Of a stretch of 64,000 nucleotides of DNA, positions 51,187 through 64,000 are shown in pieces. The stretch is from Podarcis erhardii (lineage: Eukaryota): NCBI GenBank assembly GCA_964252035.1, contig OZ176201.1. One strand, 5' to 3'. The position numbers and the translations under genes were made by a program. Under the pieces are notes generated by a model. That model did not search any database and had not been told where the DNA came from. It was given only the letters and a program-made list of their open reading frames with translations. Every line of letters starts with the position of its first letter. Position 1 is the stretch's first letter.

Positions 51187-52472
51187 GAACTGAATTTAAA
51201 ATTACCCAAAGTTCTACCACAATAGGAACTTAATCCACATTCAGTTCACCCAGAAATTATAAGAACTCCTTTCAGATGTAATTTAGAGATTTTTTGAATT
51301 AATTCAGTAAATTAGTATGAATTAGCTCATTCCAAGCACACTAGGCTGCTTAGATCAACATATGAAAGGAAATAATGTCGGAGGCACTTTGTATCATACT
51401 CATTCTTAAGAGCATTGAGAGTCGGTCCAAATGCATATCAAAAGAACAACAGTACAGCTCACTCCAGGGATGGATTGGGGAAGCCAGGAGATGTAGAGGG
51501 CTACAAAATGTGGGTGGTAATAAACTCCAGCTCAATTCTATAGTACTTACTTAGTCCTAGGCTGGGGCTGCTGAGTAAGTGATTCCTGACCTGAGACTCC
51601 CTTTTTCTCTCTTTCTTCCACTGGCTAGAGGAACATGAGAGTATGTGAGGGGTGTGACTATCGGCACAGGACTTTTCTCGGTTAAGACACAACCCGCCAT
51701 TAGTGTGAAAGGGGGAAAACCACATTCACATTTTAATAACAAAGACATGAGACAAAAGATGCAAATAATTAGCTCCCAACTCACTCTTTAACATGTTGGA
51801 TCAAACAGCCACCATAAATAACAATCAGACTAGGTCAAATCCTACAGAAAAGACTAAATAAAGTGCAGACTTGCCAATCAACCCTATCTAAGCAAACAAA
51901 TACAAAGTCATGTTGACCTGTTTCCCTTTATTGGTCCAGATTGGGATTTTATGTTAGCCACTTGGAGACTGAGGAAAGAACTGGAGATAAGGGGAGGGGG
52001 AGCAACTAATAATCTAAAAAGATGGTAATTAGGCTCTGAACTTCCATGCCTACAAAAGACTCATAAATTGTGAAAGACAAGCTGTATCATTCCTCAAATG
52101 ACCGGGGAGCCCAGGTCCATCTGTGTACCACACACAACCCAAAAGAATGGCCGCACAAAGAATGGGACTGTTCTTACATACACCACATGGAAGTTGGAAC
52201 CGGTTTGCTGCATGATCCCTGGGCATCATTACTCAGAAGTAAACCTCATTGAGTTCAAGGAGACCTACACCCTCGTAAATGTGCTCACAACTGTAACCTT
52301 AAATTATTTTAACATGTCTTTTTGCACCAGACCTCAACTGGGATCAAATACACAGATCAGTTGCAACTCAATCCATCTGCAGCGTGAAAGTTTTCTAACC
52401 ACATATTTTTCTCGTTGCACAATTTGAGATTTGATGATGCCCGATTTGAAAAGCCTTGATTCAATCAGAGGC

Positions 52473-53262
52473 ATTTTATTTAATTTTTATTTTTTAAAAA
52501 AAAATATTAAAGCTTTTCTTGGTTTACAAAAGTACATGCCTTTTTCAGGCTGTACAGTCTTTCTTACAAATCAGTTACATTTGTTGTGAGACATTAGTGT
52601 TGAGTACAGTATAAGGTTGGGGAAGAAGTGTGGGGAGAGGAGGGATGGTGAGGCTTATATTCTTTTATATTTTATATTCTTTTATACAGTGTACATGTGG
52701 GGTTTTGTGTCAGCATCAAATGGGTTGGCTCCCTTTCTATTTGTTTATTACACTTCCTTGGTAGTGAGAGGTTTGGGGGGGCAGTGTGTGGTTAGTTGTC
52801 TGTGGTTGGCTGCAGTGGGGTTTCTCTGCATTTGTGAGGGGGGGGGCTTGTTGGGTCAGGTAAACCAGATTACTTTATATGCTGTCAGTAGATTCTTGTT
52901 GTTGTCTTGTTGGGCTGTGTATGTGATAAAGGGGAGCCATACTGGGGTGAAGGTGTCCACTTCTATTTGTCCCCATGACAGTTTCAGTTTATTGGGTTAG
53001 CTTTTCTGGTAAGGCCGTTTCCCATACAATTCGATACCATTGGTCCTCGTTTAGTCCTGACAGGCCTCTCCGGTGTCTGGCTATGAGCCCTCCGGCTGCT
53101 GAGAGAAGGTGTGTTATAAGCTCTGTATAATGTGACTGGTCATTATGATCTTGGAAGATGTTCAGTAGGGCCATTTCTGGGGTAAGTTCTAATACCTGTT
53201 TAGTTCTTTTGCATATCTCTGGTAGGACTGCTGTCCAGAAGAGTTGAATATATTGGGCAAGC
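52473..53262 (-). mobile_element. L1-clade LINE 3' end (ORF2 C-terminus, 3' UTR, A-rich tail)
   Basis: The minus strand reads IQLFWTAVLPEICKRTKQVLELTPEMALLNIF...LITHLLSAA..LIARH...WYRIVWETALPEKLT, typical of the L1 ORF2 C-terminus; T-rich tail at 52473-52495. Confidence 0.78.
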
Positions 53263-54670
53263 CTTCCTGGGCTTTTCTAGAAAAAATGAAATGGACCTCT
53301 TCTGTCACTTCCTGCCTCTTGGAGATGATGTGATTGGCTCCCGATGCTTCCAGGCAAAGAAAGAAGGCAGAAGGGGATTCCACATGCCCCAATAAACTCC
53401 TGGAATAAAGTTGCCCTCCAAGTGGCCCATCTAAATAAGAGCCCTGGCCCTTTTCTACAGAGAGAAGTTACAGGAAAGGATCCAGATGCTGGCAGGTAAA
53501 TCTGTTAAATGGTGATGGGAGGGGTATCCTCCAAAAAGCCAAAAGGTGTATGTCATCAGGGCCAGTTGGAGCTCTGAAGAACTGGCCTGGAGTCTCTGAA
53601 AAGTCTCTGCGCCTGCAGCCTGTGCAACAGAGCCAGGGCAGAGGAAGCCTTTGCATTGCACTGGGAGTCTGTTAGCCAGGAATCATTCCTGGGGGGTGGG
53701 GTGGGGTGGAAGGAGCCAACTTGCACAGCCCCTAACCAGATCCACTGTGAATTTTACAAACTGTCCACGGCCAATATTATTTTCTATAAAGGAAATATTG
53801 TAAAGAACACAGTACTCACGTCCACTTGCTGTAGCAAAAGAAAGGTCATCCCTCCCTCCAAGCCCAAGCAGGGTGAGTTTGCTGCTAAGGAACGGCACCT
53901 GCAAGTTGACTTCAGAACACACACACCCTCCACTGCCACATTCATCCCAGGCTACAAAGCGCTGCTTGGCCGGGGGCTGGGCTGGGCTTGACTTTCCTGC
54001 CGGAAAAGAAAGCCCAGCTGCTGATCTGCAAGGCTGTAACTGATCTACCCCGGGAGGCCTCTCCGGAGTGCCGTTCCGTGCACACACACACACACCCTTT
54101 CCCAGTATCTCAGCACCACTCCGGAGGAAAATGCGAGAGAATCTCTGCTTCGTTTTCCCCACCCGCAGAGAGTGTTGAAACTGGCTCAGGAACGCCTGTT
54201 CGTTTTGTGTTGACGGCCAGGAGATGAGGTGAGCTGAACCAAACTGAAGAGGTCCCTTCCTCCTCTGGAAGCTGCCTTGCGTGAGTCTCTACGGACTGAT
54301 GACGGTGCCAGCATCGTCATGCATTGGGAGTGACTCCTGGCAGGACCGGTGCGATCAAACGGTGGGGCGCGCAAATTCTGGCGCGGAAGCGAGGCCCTCC
54401 CCTTTGACACCGAAGTACTAGGAGCGAAAGCGCTCCCCAACTATTCCAGGGAACACAATTTGGAAGAAAAGGAGCTTTCGTCCTTACAATTCTGTGCACA
54501 GTTACTTGGGAATAAGCCCCGTTGCGACCAGTGGGGTTTCCTTGCAAGGTAGCGCTCGCAGAGCTAAAGGCTGAAGTGATGGGCAGCAGCCGGGATTGCC
54601 ATATTTTGAAGAGCAAAAAAGAGGACACATGATTTGCCGACTTCTACTTTAACTATGGATCGCTATGACG

Positions 54671-54790
54671 ATTCTACTCACGGACCCCGAGGATCATCTA
54701 GCCCAACTCCCTGCAATTATTATTATTTTATATATTTATTAAATTTATATGCCGCCCTTCCTCACAAGATCTCAGGGCGCTTCACAGAGT
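54671..54790 (-). mobile_element. CR1-type SINE tail fragment abutting an L2-like 3' tail
   Basis: 54671-54716 is the reverse of attgcagggagttgggctagatgatcctcgggg; 54717-54790 is the reverse of gtgaagcgccctgag...gggcggcatataaatttaataaata. Confidence 0.55.
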
Positions 54791-56056
54791 AAAATACAAG
54801 ATAAAAAACACAGGTAAATAATTTAAACAAAAACAGCAAAACAATAACTCCCATTCCCACATAACAATGCATAACATAGCAATGCAGGAATCTCAACTAT
54901 ATCTAAGATTTAGGCACGTTTGCTGAACAGCTGCGATCATGTGCACATTTGTCCACAACTCAGTGGCGCTTACTTCTGAGTAAGGGTGCCTAGGATCAGG
55001 CTGGGTAGGCACCACCACCGCTGCTGCCTGGGACGTGGTTTTAGGACCGCGATCTTCCAGGGAACTGACTTGCACTGAAATCTGTAAGCGCCACCCTCAA
55101 GTGCCAAGCGGTGTTCACGTCTGTGAGTAGCTACCAGCCCTTCTTGTTTCGCCAGCAACGCCTCTTCTGTCACTTATCCGTAAACCCGCACTCCAAGACA
55201 TTTCACCCGCAAATTGTTCGGGCCTTTCCGCACTTACTAGTCACATTGGCAACGTTGCTCTTTGAGCCAACGTTTTTAAGAGTGAATTCGGAGCTGTCTG
55301 TCTGCACCTTTGGTCCCATGTGGCTGTTATGGGAAAATGAGGGGAGGTTTTCTCTTCCACACTAATGGTCGGTTGTGCTCAAGTTGGGGAAAGTTCTGGG
55401 TCTGTAGTCCCACCTCGTGTTCCTCCAGCCAGCAGGAGCTATGGGCATTTCGTGGAAATAACTTTTTAGCAATGTTGGGCATTTTATGCTTTGCTTATAT
55501 ATAATGCCTAGTATTACTGGAATTGTAACCGCATGGGAGGTTAGAAGAAATGTCCATCTGAGCTAATCCCCGAACTCCCTTCCCTACCTGCCATGTCTCT
55601 CCTCCCAACTGAAGATCTGGCACAGGAAAGTAGCGCAAAACAGACGACTCGAAACCACACCCACCCATCCTTTTTCCTCACAGAAAGTGAGCTGGTGCTT
55701 GTGCACATGCCACGCTAAAGAAAATATTGAGGATCCGTTCCAGATCTTTGACAGATGTCAGATGGCGGGGAGGGAAGAAAAAGCGTCCTTTTGAGGAAGA
55801 TATTCCGGAATAGTAGCCGAATAATGACGACGTCGTGTGGCAACACGCCAAAACATCGAAAACAGCAACAACCCCATAAAGTGCGTGTGTAGAATGGCCC
55901 TTTATTTTGCTCAGAGTCCCTCCAATGCCGACGAAGTTTTGCACAAACTTGTGCTCAAACCCTTTCGCGTATCCAGACGCATCCCTGACGCCCAAATGTC
56001 GATTCTGAATACCTGCAAGTCTTTCATACATTCACCCTGCACTCAAACATGATCTC

Positions 56057-56062
<6 letters not shown>

Positions 56063-56110
<48 letters not shown>

Positions 56111-56153
56111 CTTTTTCCACGGGCTCAGTATTTTAAAAATAAAGTCAGGGAGA

Positions 56154-56206
<53 letters not shown>
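56063..56206. repeat. Adjacent (CA)n and (GA)n microsatellites
   Basis: (CA)n at about 56063-56106 and (GA)n at about 56158-56198. Confidence 0.95.
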
Positions 56207-56207
<1 letters not shown>

Positions 56208-59200
56208 GAATTTCTCAATCGTTTTCTTCGAAAACCCCCAAGAAATTAAAAGTCAGTTTTCCTGCCCCGGTAGGGAAGAAGCAAGATTAGGCAAGGAGAC
56301 TCTCCGTGTCCTTATGAGTGAGGGAGCTGTGCAGATTTGGATCAACGGATTCCATTTCTCTTTGATCTCCTCATTTTGAAAGGATCTTAATGAATAGTGA
56401 TCTTCTGGGGCTCCTCTTCCCCTTGTGTTCTTTGAGTGGAGATGCCTCTTTCGCCGCCACCCCACTTTTAAAGGATTATTGTCAAGTTCCTGAGAAACTG
56501 AGGACTGCTGGACAATGAAATACAAATCTCTTCCCATTCCTCGAAAGAAAGCGAAGTGTTTTTTCTCCTAAGCAGGCTGGGGAGGGGAGCGAACCGGAGC
56601 TGCAATTCCGATCGCCACGGCTGGGGAGTCAAATCCCATTGAGATAGTGGGATTTAGGGCTGGGCTAATACGCTGAGGATTGCAGCTAATGTGAAAATTA
56701 GGAACACCTTTGGGGCATCTTGAGAATGGAGTTAAATTGAGCGAAAGATTGGTGTGTGGTATTTGGAGGTGCGGGGAAACAAGGATTGGTTTCTTCATTC
56801 CAGAGCGCACTCTTGCAATTTCTTTCCAAGACTGAAATCGTTAGAATATCCTGAAAGAACTTCACTTCGCTGGGGTTTTCATTTGAGAGAGTCTGTTCGT
56901 GATTACCAGCTTTTGTCGACTCAGTTGGAAAGTTCACGCTTGCCCCCCTCTCTCCAAGCTTTGGCGACCCATAAAATTTCTTTCACTCCAAAAAGAGGGT
57001 TGACGGAGGGGAGAAAGAAACTTTTTTCTTCCTCTGAAAACTTGCGGGGAGCCTTCTGTCATTTTTCATGTTGTCACCACAGAAGATTCGGATCACAGGG
57101 AACTGAATTTCCCTTCCAATGTGATTCAAATCCCCTCTACATGTCCACACACCCCTAACCGCTCGCTCCCTTCGGCGCATTTATTGTCTTCATTTTAATG
57201 CTCTCTGGGAGCTTGCAGCAGGCTATTTAAACAGAATCCGATTCGGCTTCGCTTCGCTTCCACACCAGCGGTAACCACGGGATCGTTTTCGGGGATTTTC
57301 CCCCGAGTCTCATCTAGCAGTCAATTGACTTTTTGAGAAGAAGAAAAATAAGTGGAGAGAAGGCTATTATTTATTTACATTGATTTCACTAATTTTTAAT
57401 TTTTTTGCATTTTTTGTCCTCCGCGATGGCCCTGTGAGGCAATGATCTCTTATTAATGGTCTCTTATTCCTACCCCACCTCTCTATACCTCAAAATGTAG
57501 TTGGGGGGCTTTCTGCTCATCCTACTGCGTGGGAGGCTCTGGAATCATGTCCCCAAATCGGAAGCGAAGACGTCCCCCACCCCCCGAAGGCAAGTTGCGC
57601 CACTATCGACGCGACGCAGTCTTTCCCCCTTGACAAGAAATCCATTGACACTGGTTTGAAGCGAATCCGAATTATATCGGTTGTACTGTCCCTAGCTTTT
57701 AAGCCTGTCCCTTCCCGCCCGCGAAACAAGGAAGACATGGGGAGCGGGAACCTTCACACTTCGACGTGAGCTCTCCCCCCACCCCACACCCTTTCAGCCC
57801 GCAGCTGAAATCTATTAGGCAACTGCGTGTCCTCCTGCGCGAGAGAATTTGGACGGCTTACACAGCCCCTTCTTCACATTCTAAGCGCCTTTACTGAGAA
57901 AATCTTTCCGACTCCAGTGGACGTGGCTGCAAAGCGGACGTTAATTTTTCTCCCCTCTGAAGTAAAGAAAACCCCGCTGAGCTCACGGGAATTTGTTTCG
58001 GGGAAAACGTGGCAAGGATGGGGAGGCCGGTGTCCTTAGGATCCGGCCCAAGTTCGGCTAACTACAGGATCCTAAGGATGTTTACTCGGAAGCAAGTCCC
58101 GGTGACTTCATTGGGGACTATCGAATATCTTTTTGCTGAAAACTTGTATGTGCTTGTGTAACACACATGCGGCTTAGAACAGAAGCTAGATTGTACGTGA
58201 CAGTTGAATATGAGGGAAATTGGGACTTCTAGGACATGACCAAGAAAGAGGGTAGTAAATATAAATAAAATAAAATCCAAATTATTTCCAAGAGTTGGGC
58301 TCAAAGAACAGAAAACTTTCTGCCCCTCTAGAACAGAGAGACTCCTTTCTTTTTTTCTAGCTGTCTCTCCTTATCCCGTCGGCAGCATAGAAAATGTTCT
58401 AGAGTGATTTACGTAAGTCCCATCGCTGGAAGACGCCACAGGGGCAGAAATAAAAATAAATATAAGAGTTGTTTTTTGTTCCTTGTAAAAGTTTTCCACT
58501 TTCTGATATTCCTCCCTCCATTTCGAATAAACCAAATAATGTTACACTAATACAAATAATAAAAACAAGGATCAATTAACACATCTTGTCAATTCCCCGC
58601 ACCCCTTCCTTGTTATTTTGGACGCCAGTTCTAAATAAGCACATGAGCAAGTGAGATTTAAATTGGGCCGATATTACTCCTAAGTATTGACAGTTCGAAT
58701 TCTTCGGCTCACTTGTTCCTAGTTTTCAGTGGAAGATCTCCACCTCCGAGTTCAGAAGTAAACCATCATGGCTTGAAAATCCTACCGTCCCCCTCAGTCA
58801 AGCCGAAGTACTTTACTCAAAGTATGATTTGAGCAAAACGAGCTGCTTGGAAGGAAGCCTCGCGGTTTTAGCCCCGAGCCCCTTCTGCTGAAAGTGCTTG
58901 GAAACTCCCGTGGCAAAAGCGCGGCTTCACACGAACCCAGCTGTAGCGCATCTCCGTCCAGTGTCACCGACGTTTCCATGTTATGCACGTTCGATTTGCT
59001 TACAGCTTTTTATCTGGAAATGGGCACACTAAATAGTAAATGTGTTGTTGTGGTTTTTTGTTTTATTTTACTTAAGAAGGGGGCACACACACAGAGCGAG
59101 ATTTGGGGCATCTTCGTAAAGCTAAAGTCCCACCAGAAAGGGGTTTTGAACAAGGTCCGCACGTGGCAAAAAAAGAAGGGCGAAGCAGCTCCAGAAGCGT

Positions 59201-61194
59201 TGGGCGTGGAAACTGGTCTTGCACGCCTTCATTTCACTACGGTTCTGCTTCTAACTTTGCCTAGGATTGCAGTGAAACTTTAAAAGTAACTTGACTTTGT
59301 GGATCAGTTGGCGTAATACGGTCCTGCAGTGATTTGTTCGGTAAGAATGGCAATGAGATCGTGACGCACTTAGAGCTAAGGCGAGCGCTGTGTGTGTTTG
59401 TGGTGATTTTTTTTGCTACTTTTCAGTTTCGGGCCAACCTAAAGCCCGTCACGTCTTCGAATGGATCGCGGCTCTTCCTGCTGTTTGTTTGAACCGAGCA
59501 TCTGGCACCTTCCAAATCTCCTTCCTCGTGGCCGTGGGGGCTTCCCTCCCTCCTCCCAGGATGTGCGAAAGAGCCGCCCCCGCGATCCGAGGATGACAGA
59601 AAAGGGCCGAGTTCCTTGGGGGTGTGAGAGAGTGGGAGTTACAGGAAATGGAAGGGAAACCGGACGATTCCCACCGACACCCCCCCCCCCCCGCTTTCCC
59701 TGGATCTCCCAGGAAAACGCTGGAAGCCTGGCAGACAGGCAACGATGTTGCAGGCAGCCAATGCCTGCATCCGACTTCTTCAAGAGACGTCATGCATTGG
59801 GAGTCGTGCTACTCGAGAGGAAAGAGCTCGGGGACACGGAAGGATCTGAGAGATCGTTTGCCAGGGGAAGACCGACCCGGAGGCAGGCGCGCCCTGGAGA
59901 ATCAAGTCGCCCCCCCCCCCATCATTTCACAAAGTTTTCATTCTCAGGTCTGGCACATGCCATTGTCTGTGGACTGGAGAGGGAGCCCTTGCGAGGAGTC
60001 GGAAGAGAGATGAGGATGGGGAAGAGGGCCATTCATTGCCCCAAGGAGGGAGGGAGGGAGGGAGGGAGGATGGGGGGCAGCGGCGAGGCCTCCTTCCCAG
60101 TGCTCCTGTGTGGGGGAAAGGACTTCAAGAAGTTTGGATGGGAAAGGGAAGGGACAGGACCCAGGAAGGGTGGCATCCCTCGAATATCCTCCCAAAAAAG
60201 GAAGCAAGACCCTCCAGCAGACCAGTCGGTCAGACTTTGATGCGCTCAACCCGCTTTTTAGAAAATTTCTAGCATTTTCTTCCTGTCCTCTTCCTCCTCC
60301 TCTTTCTCACAGGTTCGAAACTAAGTTCTTATTTCCATTTTCGAGACGATCGTCACCTCCATATTAGCAAGAGCACAACCCCCTTTCTTAGCCTTATGGG
60401 ATGGTTACCCTGAGTGTAAACAAACGGGGCCCAGTTTCGAAGTGATTCGAGGACTGAGGCAGAGAGAAGGATGGAGGTGGAGACAGTCGGCAAAGGTGGT
60501 CTTTATTTGCCGGGACAGGGCTACACAGGACGGCTGCAGGAGGACAGAAGGTGTCGCAGTTTGAGGTGGGAGCGGAGCGCTGAACCGGCCGGGCAGGCGG
60601 AGCAGGAGCGCGCGGCCCCACCGAGACAAGGGCCTAAGTGTGACAGCATTCCCTCACACCCTGCTGTCAGTGGTACCTCGTGCACTAGAAGGCCGCGCAT
60701 TTGCGCTCCGACTCCGTGAATCCGGAGCAGGTTGCTTCGATTCCCTTTACTAATCAGGATCTCCACCTCACCCCACCCGCAGTCCCCAAATCTCGCCGTT
60801 TCCGGCTCTTTGACCGACGTGAGATGAAGCTCGACGTGCCCACTGAGTCACTGCGGCCTTAAGCGATCTTGACCGCACCCCCCTTCCAAACTTGGTTAGA
60901 CGGTTACTCAAATTATATGCCACTGGGTTGCAGCAGCCTTTAAGCCACATAATATGCTGGGGGTGTGTGTGTGTGTGTGCATGTGTGTATGTTGAGGTCT
61001 GGTTGATGCTGGTGCGTGCAGGTAAAGACACTAGCGTGCTGTTTTGCTAGAGCTCTTACTTCCCGCAAGGAAGATGAGATGAGAGGGGAAGCAGCGTTCA
61101 CTGGGCAGCTGCCTGAAAAGCCATCCCGCCCCCGTCTAAGAGATTCCTTCCCATCCTTTGGTCAATTGCACTTCTTCACGTGGTTGCCTCCAGT

Positions 61195-61315
61195 TAGCTC
61201 AGTCAGTAGATCTCAGGGTCGTGGATTCGAGCTTCACGTGGGACAAAAGATTCCTGCATTGCAGGGGGTTGAACTAAATAACCTGCGTGGTCCCTTCCAA
61301 CTCTAAATTCTATGA
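61195..61315 (+). mobile_element. Same tRNA/CR1-tail SINE family, internally deleted copy
   Basis: tagctcagt...ggattcgag...ttcctgcattgcagggggttgaacta...ggtcccttccaactctaaattctatga. Confidence 0.8.
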
Positions 61316-61539
61316 GTTACTCGAAGAACCTTCTTGACTCCGCAGTCTCCGACGCCTCCAGGCCACGTTGGCTGCTTCTTCACCGTAAGCGCATCTCTGC
61401 AGCAGGGACGGGGCGGGCGCGTGGAAACCACGGCTTGCCCGACGGGGCGGTCTGGTCTGGTCTGCTACGAAGCCGCCTCGGAAGCAGCTCGCCAGCCTCG
61501 GCGGCCCCCTCTCCACTTTCCTCTGCCGCGGGCTCTTTA

Positions 61540-62540
<1,001 letters not shown>

Positions 62541-64000
62541 TAGCCTGGCGCCCCCTTCGTCGGGGGCGAGCCGTTAGAAGCCGGTCAGAAGGCGTAGCCC
62601 ACCGGAGACCCCACCAGGGTGTGAATGGACGGCAACCCGTCCACGTGTCTCCATCGACCCAAAGTGGGAGATTTCCCTCTGCCCCACTCCTAGGGAGAAT
62701 GCGACTCGCTTAACTCTCTAGCAGTTTACTGGTTACTTCACCCCCAAAACACACAGGGCTTTTACTGGGTGTTGAAGGGTAGGAGTTAAGCGGGTAAGGT
62801 AAGAGAGAGACCCGGGCCGAATCGTCCTGCTTTTCCATTGCACCAACAGTACGCGCGGTGAAAGCCACCTCTGAAGCTCTTAGTTTGAGTTTGAGTAGCC
62901 TTGACTCCCAAGTAACGGGTTTAGACGCGACTTGTTCGAGGGTTCCCTCTTCTCCCCGCTTTCCCTTCCCGGAAAGAGGGATGCGTTTAAAATGTGTCCG
63001 GGACTGTGGATGTGGATGGAAGCGAGAATTAACCGGCGTGGGTCAAGGTGGGAAGTAAGCAAGGGAGGCCACTGGCCCTCGCGGCCGAGCCGCCTTTGGA
63101 GCCTGTAAGTGGGCCTGCCCACACGCCGTGTCGAGGGTCCTCTCCAAGCCGTGTTGTTTCGAGGCTCCGGTGGCCTCTCGAAGGTCTCCCCGCGCGGCCT
63201 CCAGTGTATCAGGCATCAAGTGTCCGTGACCCTCATGATGGACGGGGTGAGACTCGGTTGCCCTGCAGTTATTGTTCCCAGGAGCCCCGGCGTGGATTAA
63301 TTCCGCTAGGCGTTTGTATTGGGGGCTGTTTGTGTGCGCGCGTATTGGGAGGGTAGCGGGTGTGAGCCGAGGGCCAGGAAGGGAAACTCCCCCCCCCCCG
63401 CTTCCAAATCGGTTTCAAGCTCCGTAGCCGAACTCGCTCTAGATCTACCCCACTTCCTCTCTCTCTAAAAAGCCCGCAGCCCCATTCAGACGGCAGTGAG
63501 GTCCGTGTGTATCTGAGCAGCGCGCCGGCGAGCGAGTTTGAAGGCAGTGCAAGGAGGCGCCGGCCGTGCGCGGAGAGGTAGTGAGCTCTGTTGGGCGAAA
63601 GGGAGCACTGCAGCTCCTGCTCCGCCAGCCCGCTCGGGATTCTTATTATTTTGACACGGGAACCCGGCGATTTGCTGTGCCGACGGAATCTCGGCAAACG
63701 CTAATGAAAGTTAAGCTTCCATAACTTTCCTAGACCTGCTTTGTGGAGCAAACGCGTCTCCATGGGGTGCTTTTTAAGGATACTGGGATTTAAAACGACA
63801 AATAGATCTGGCATGGTTGTGGAGTCCTTTGGGCAGTTTCACGCGTCCTCTGGGGGGTGCGAGGATGGTTTTAAGGCCTCGTAGTAGCGGTCATACCCAC
63901 CCGATCCCGCCGAGTTTAAGTTCTACAGGACTGGGAGAGTTGCCCTTCCCAATCTAGACAGCGGCGGCTCCACTCGGTCTCCTGCGCGCCCTCTTCCTTG

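Noticed and set aside
58034-58077. 11-bp inverted repeat CCTTAGGATCC / GGATCCTAAGG
   Set aside because: Short, partly built on a palindromic BamHI site and overlapping a dispersed repeat end; not convincing as a functional hairpin.
59461-60240. 259-aa ORF in the CpG island
   Set aside because: Expected from stop-codon scarcity in GC-rich DNA; crosses homopolymer and GGGA runs; no homology recognised.
60668-60680. CAGTGGTACCTCG matching the MITE TIR
   Set aside because: No TA before it and no partner TIR nearby; an orphan 13-mer.

Overview
Vertebrate genomic DNA, almost certainly a squamate and probably a lacertid lizard (inferred from the Sauria SINE and the MITE families present). The window holds the last three coding exons of COX10 (heme O synthase) on the + strand: exon 5 at 5252-5322, exon 6 at 28455-28687 and exon 7 at 40555-40961. 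After a ~21 kb repeat-rich spacer come a long CpG-rich domain, the promoter and the first coding exon of HS3ST3B1 (61920-62500, +). This is the order known from human 17p12. Introns and spacer carry Tc1/mariner (Tigger-like) and hAT MITEs, CR1, L1 and L2 LINE fragments, several tRNA-derived SINEs, a probable solo LTR, microsatellites and a 169-N assembly gap. The most striking non-genic structure is a 246-bp Penelope-like insertion in COX10 intron 5. It has perfect 105-bp inverted arms, a perfect 10-bp target-site duplication and a minimal hammerhead ribozyme motif on each strand. The most interesting genic signal is an out-of-frame, strong-Kozak upstream ORF overlapping the weak-context HS3ST3B1 start codon. 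No rRNA, true tRNA or CRISPR feature is present. I found no evidence of a wholly new gene system, and the other short ORFs in the track look non-coding. Coordinates were counted by hand; family names come from recall, not database searches.
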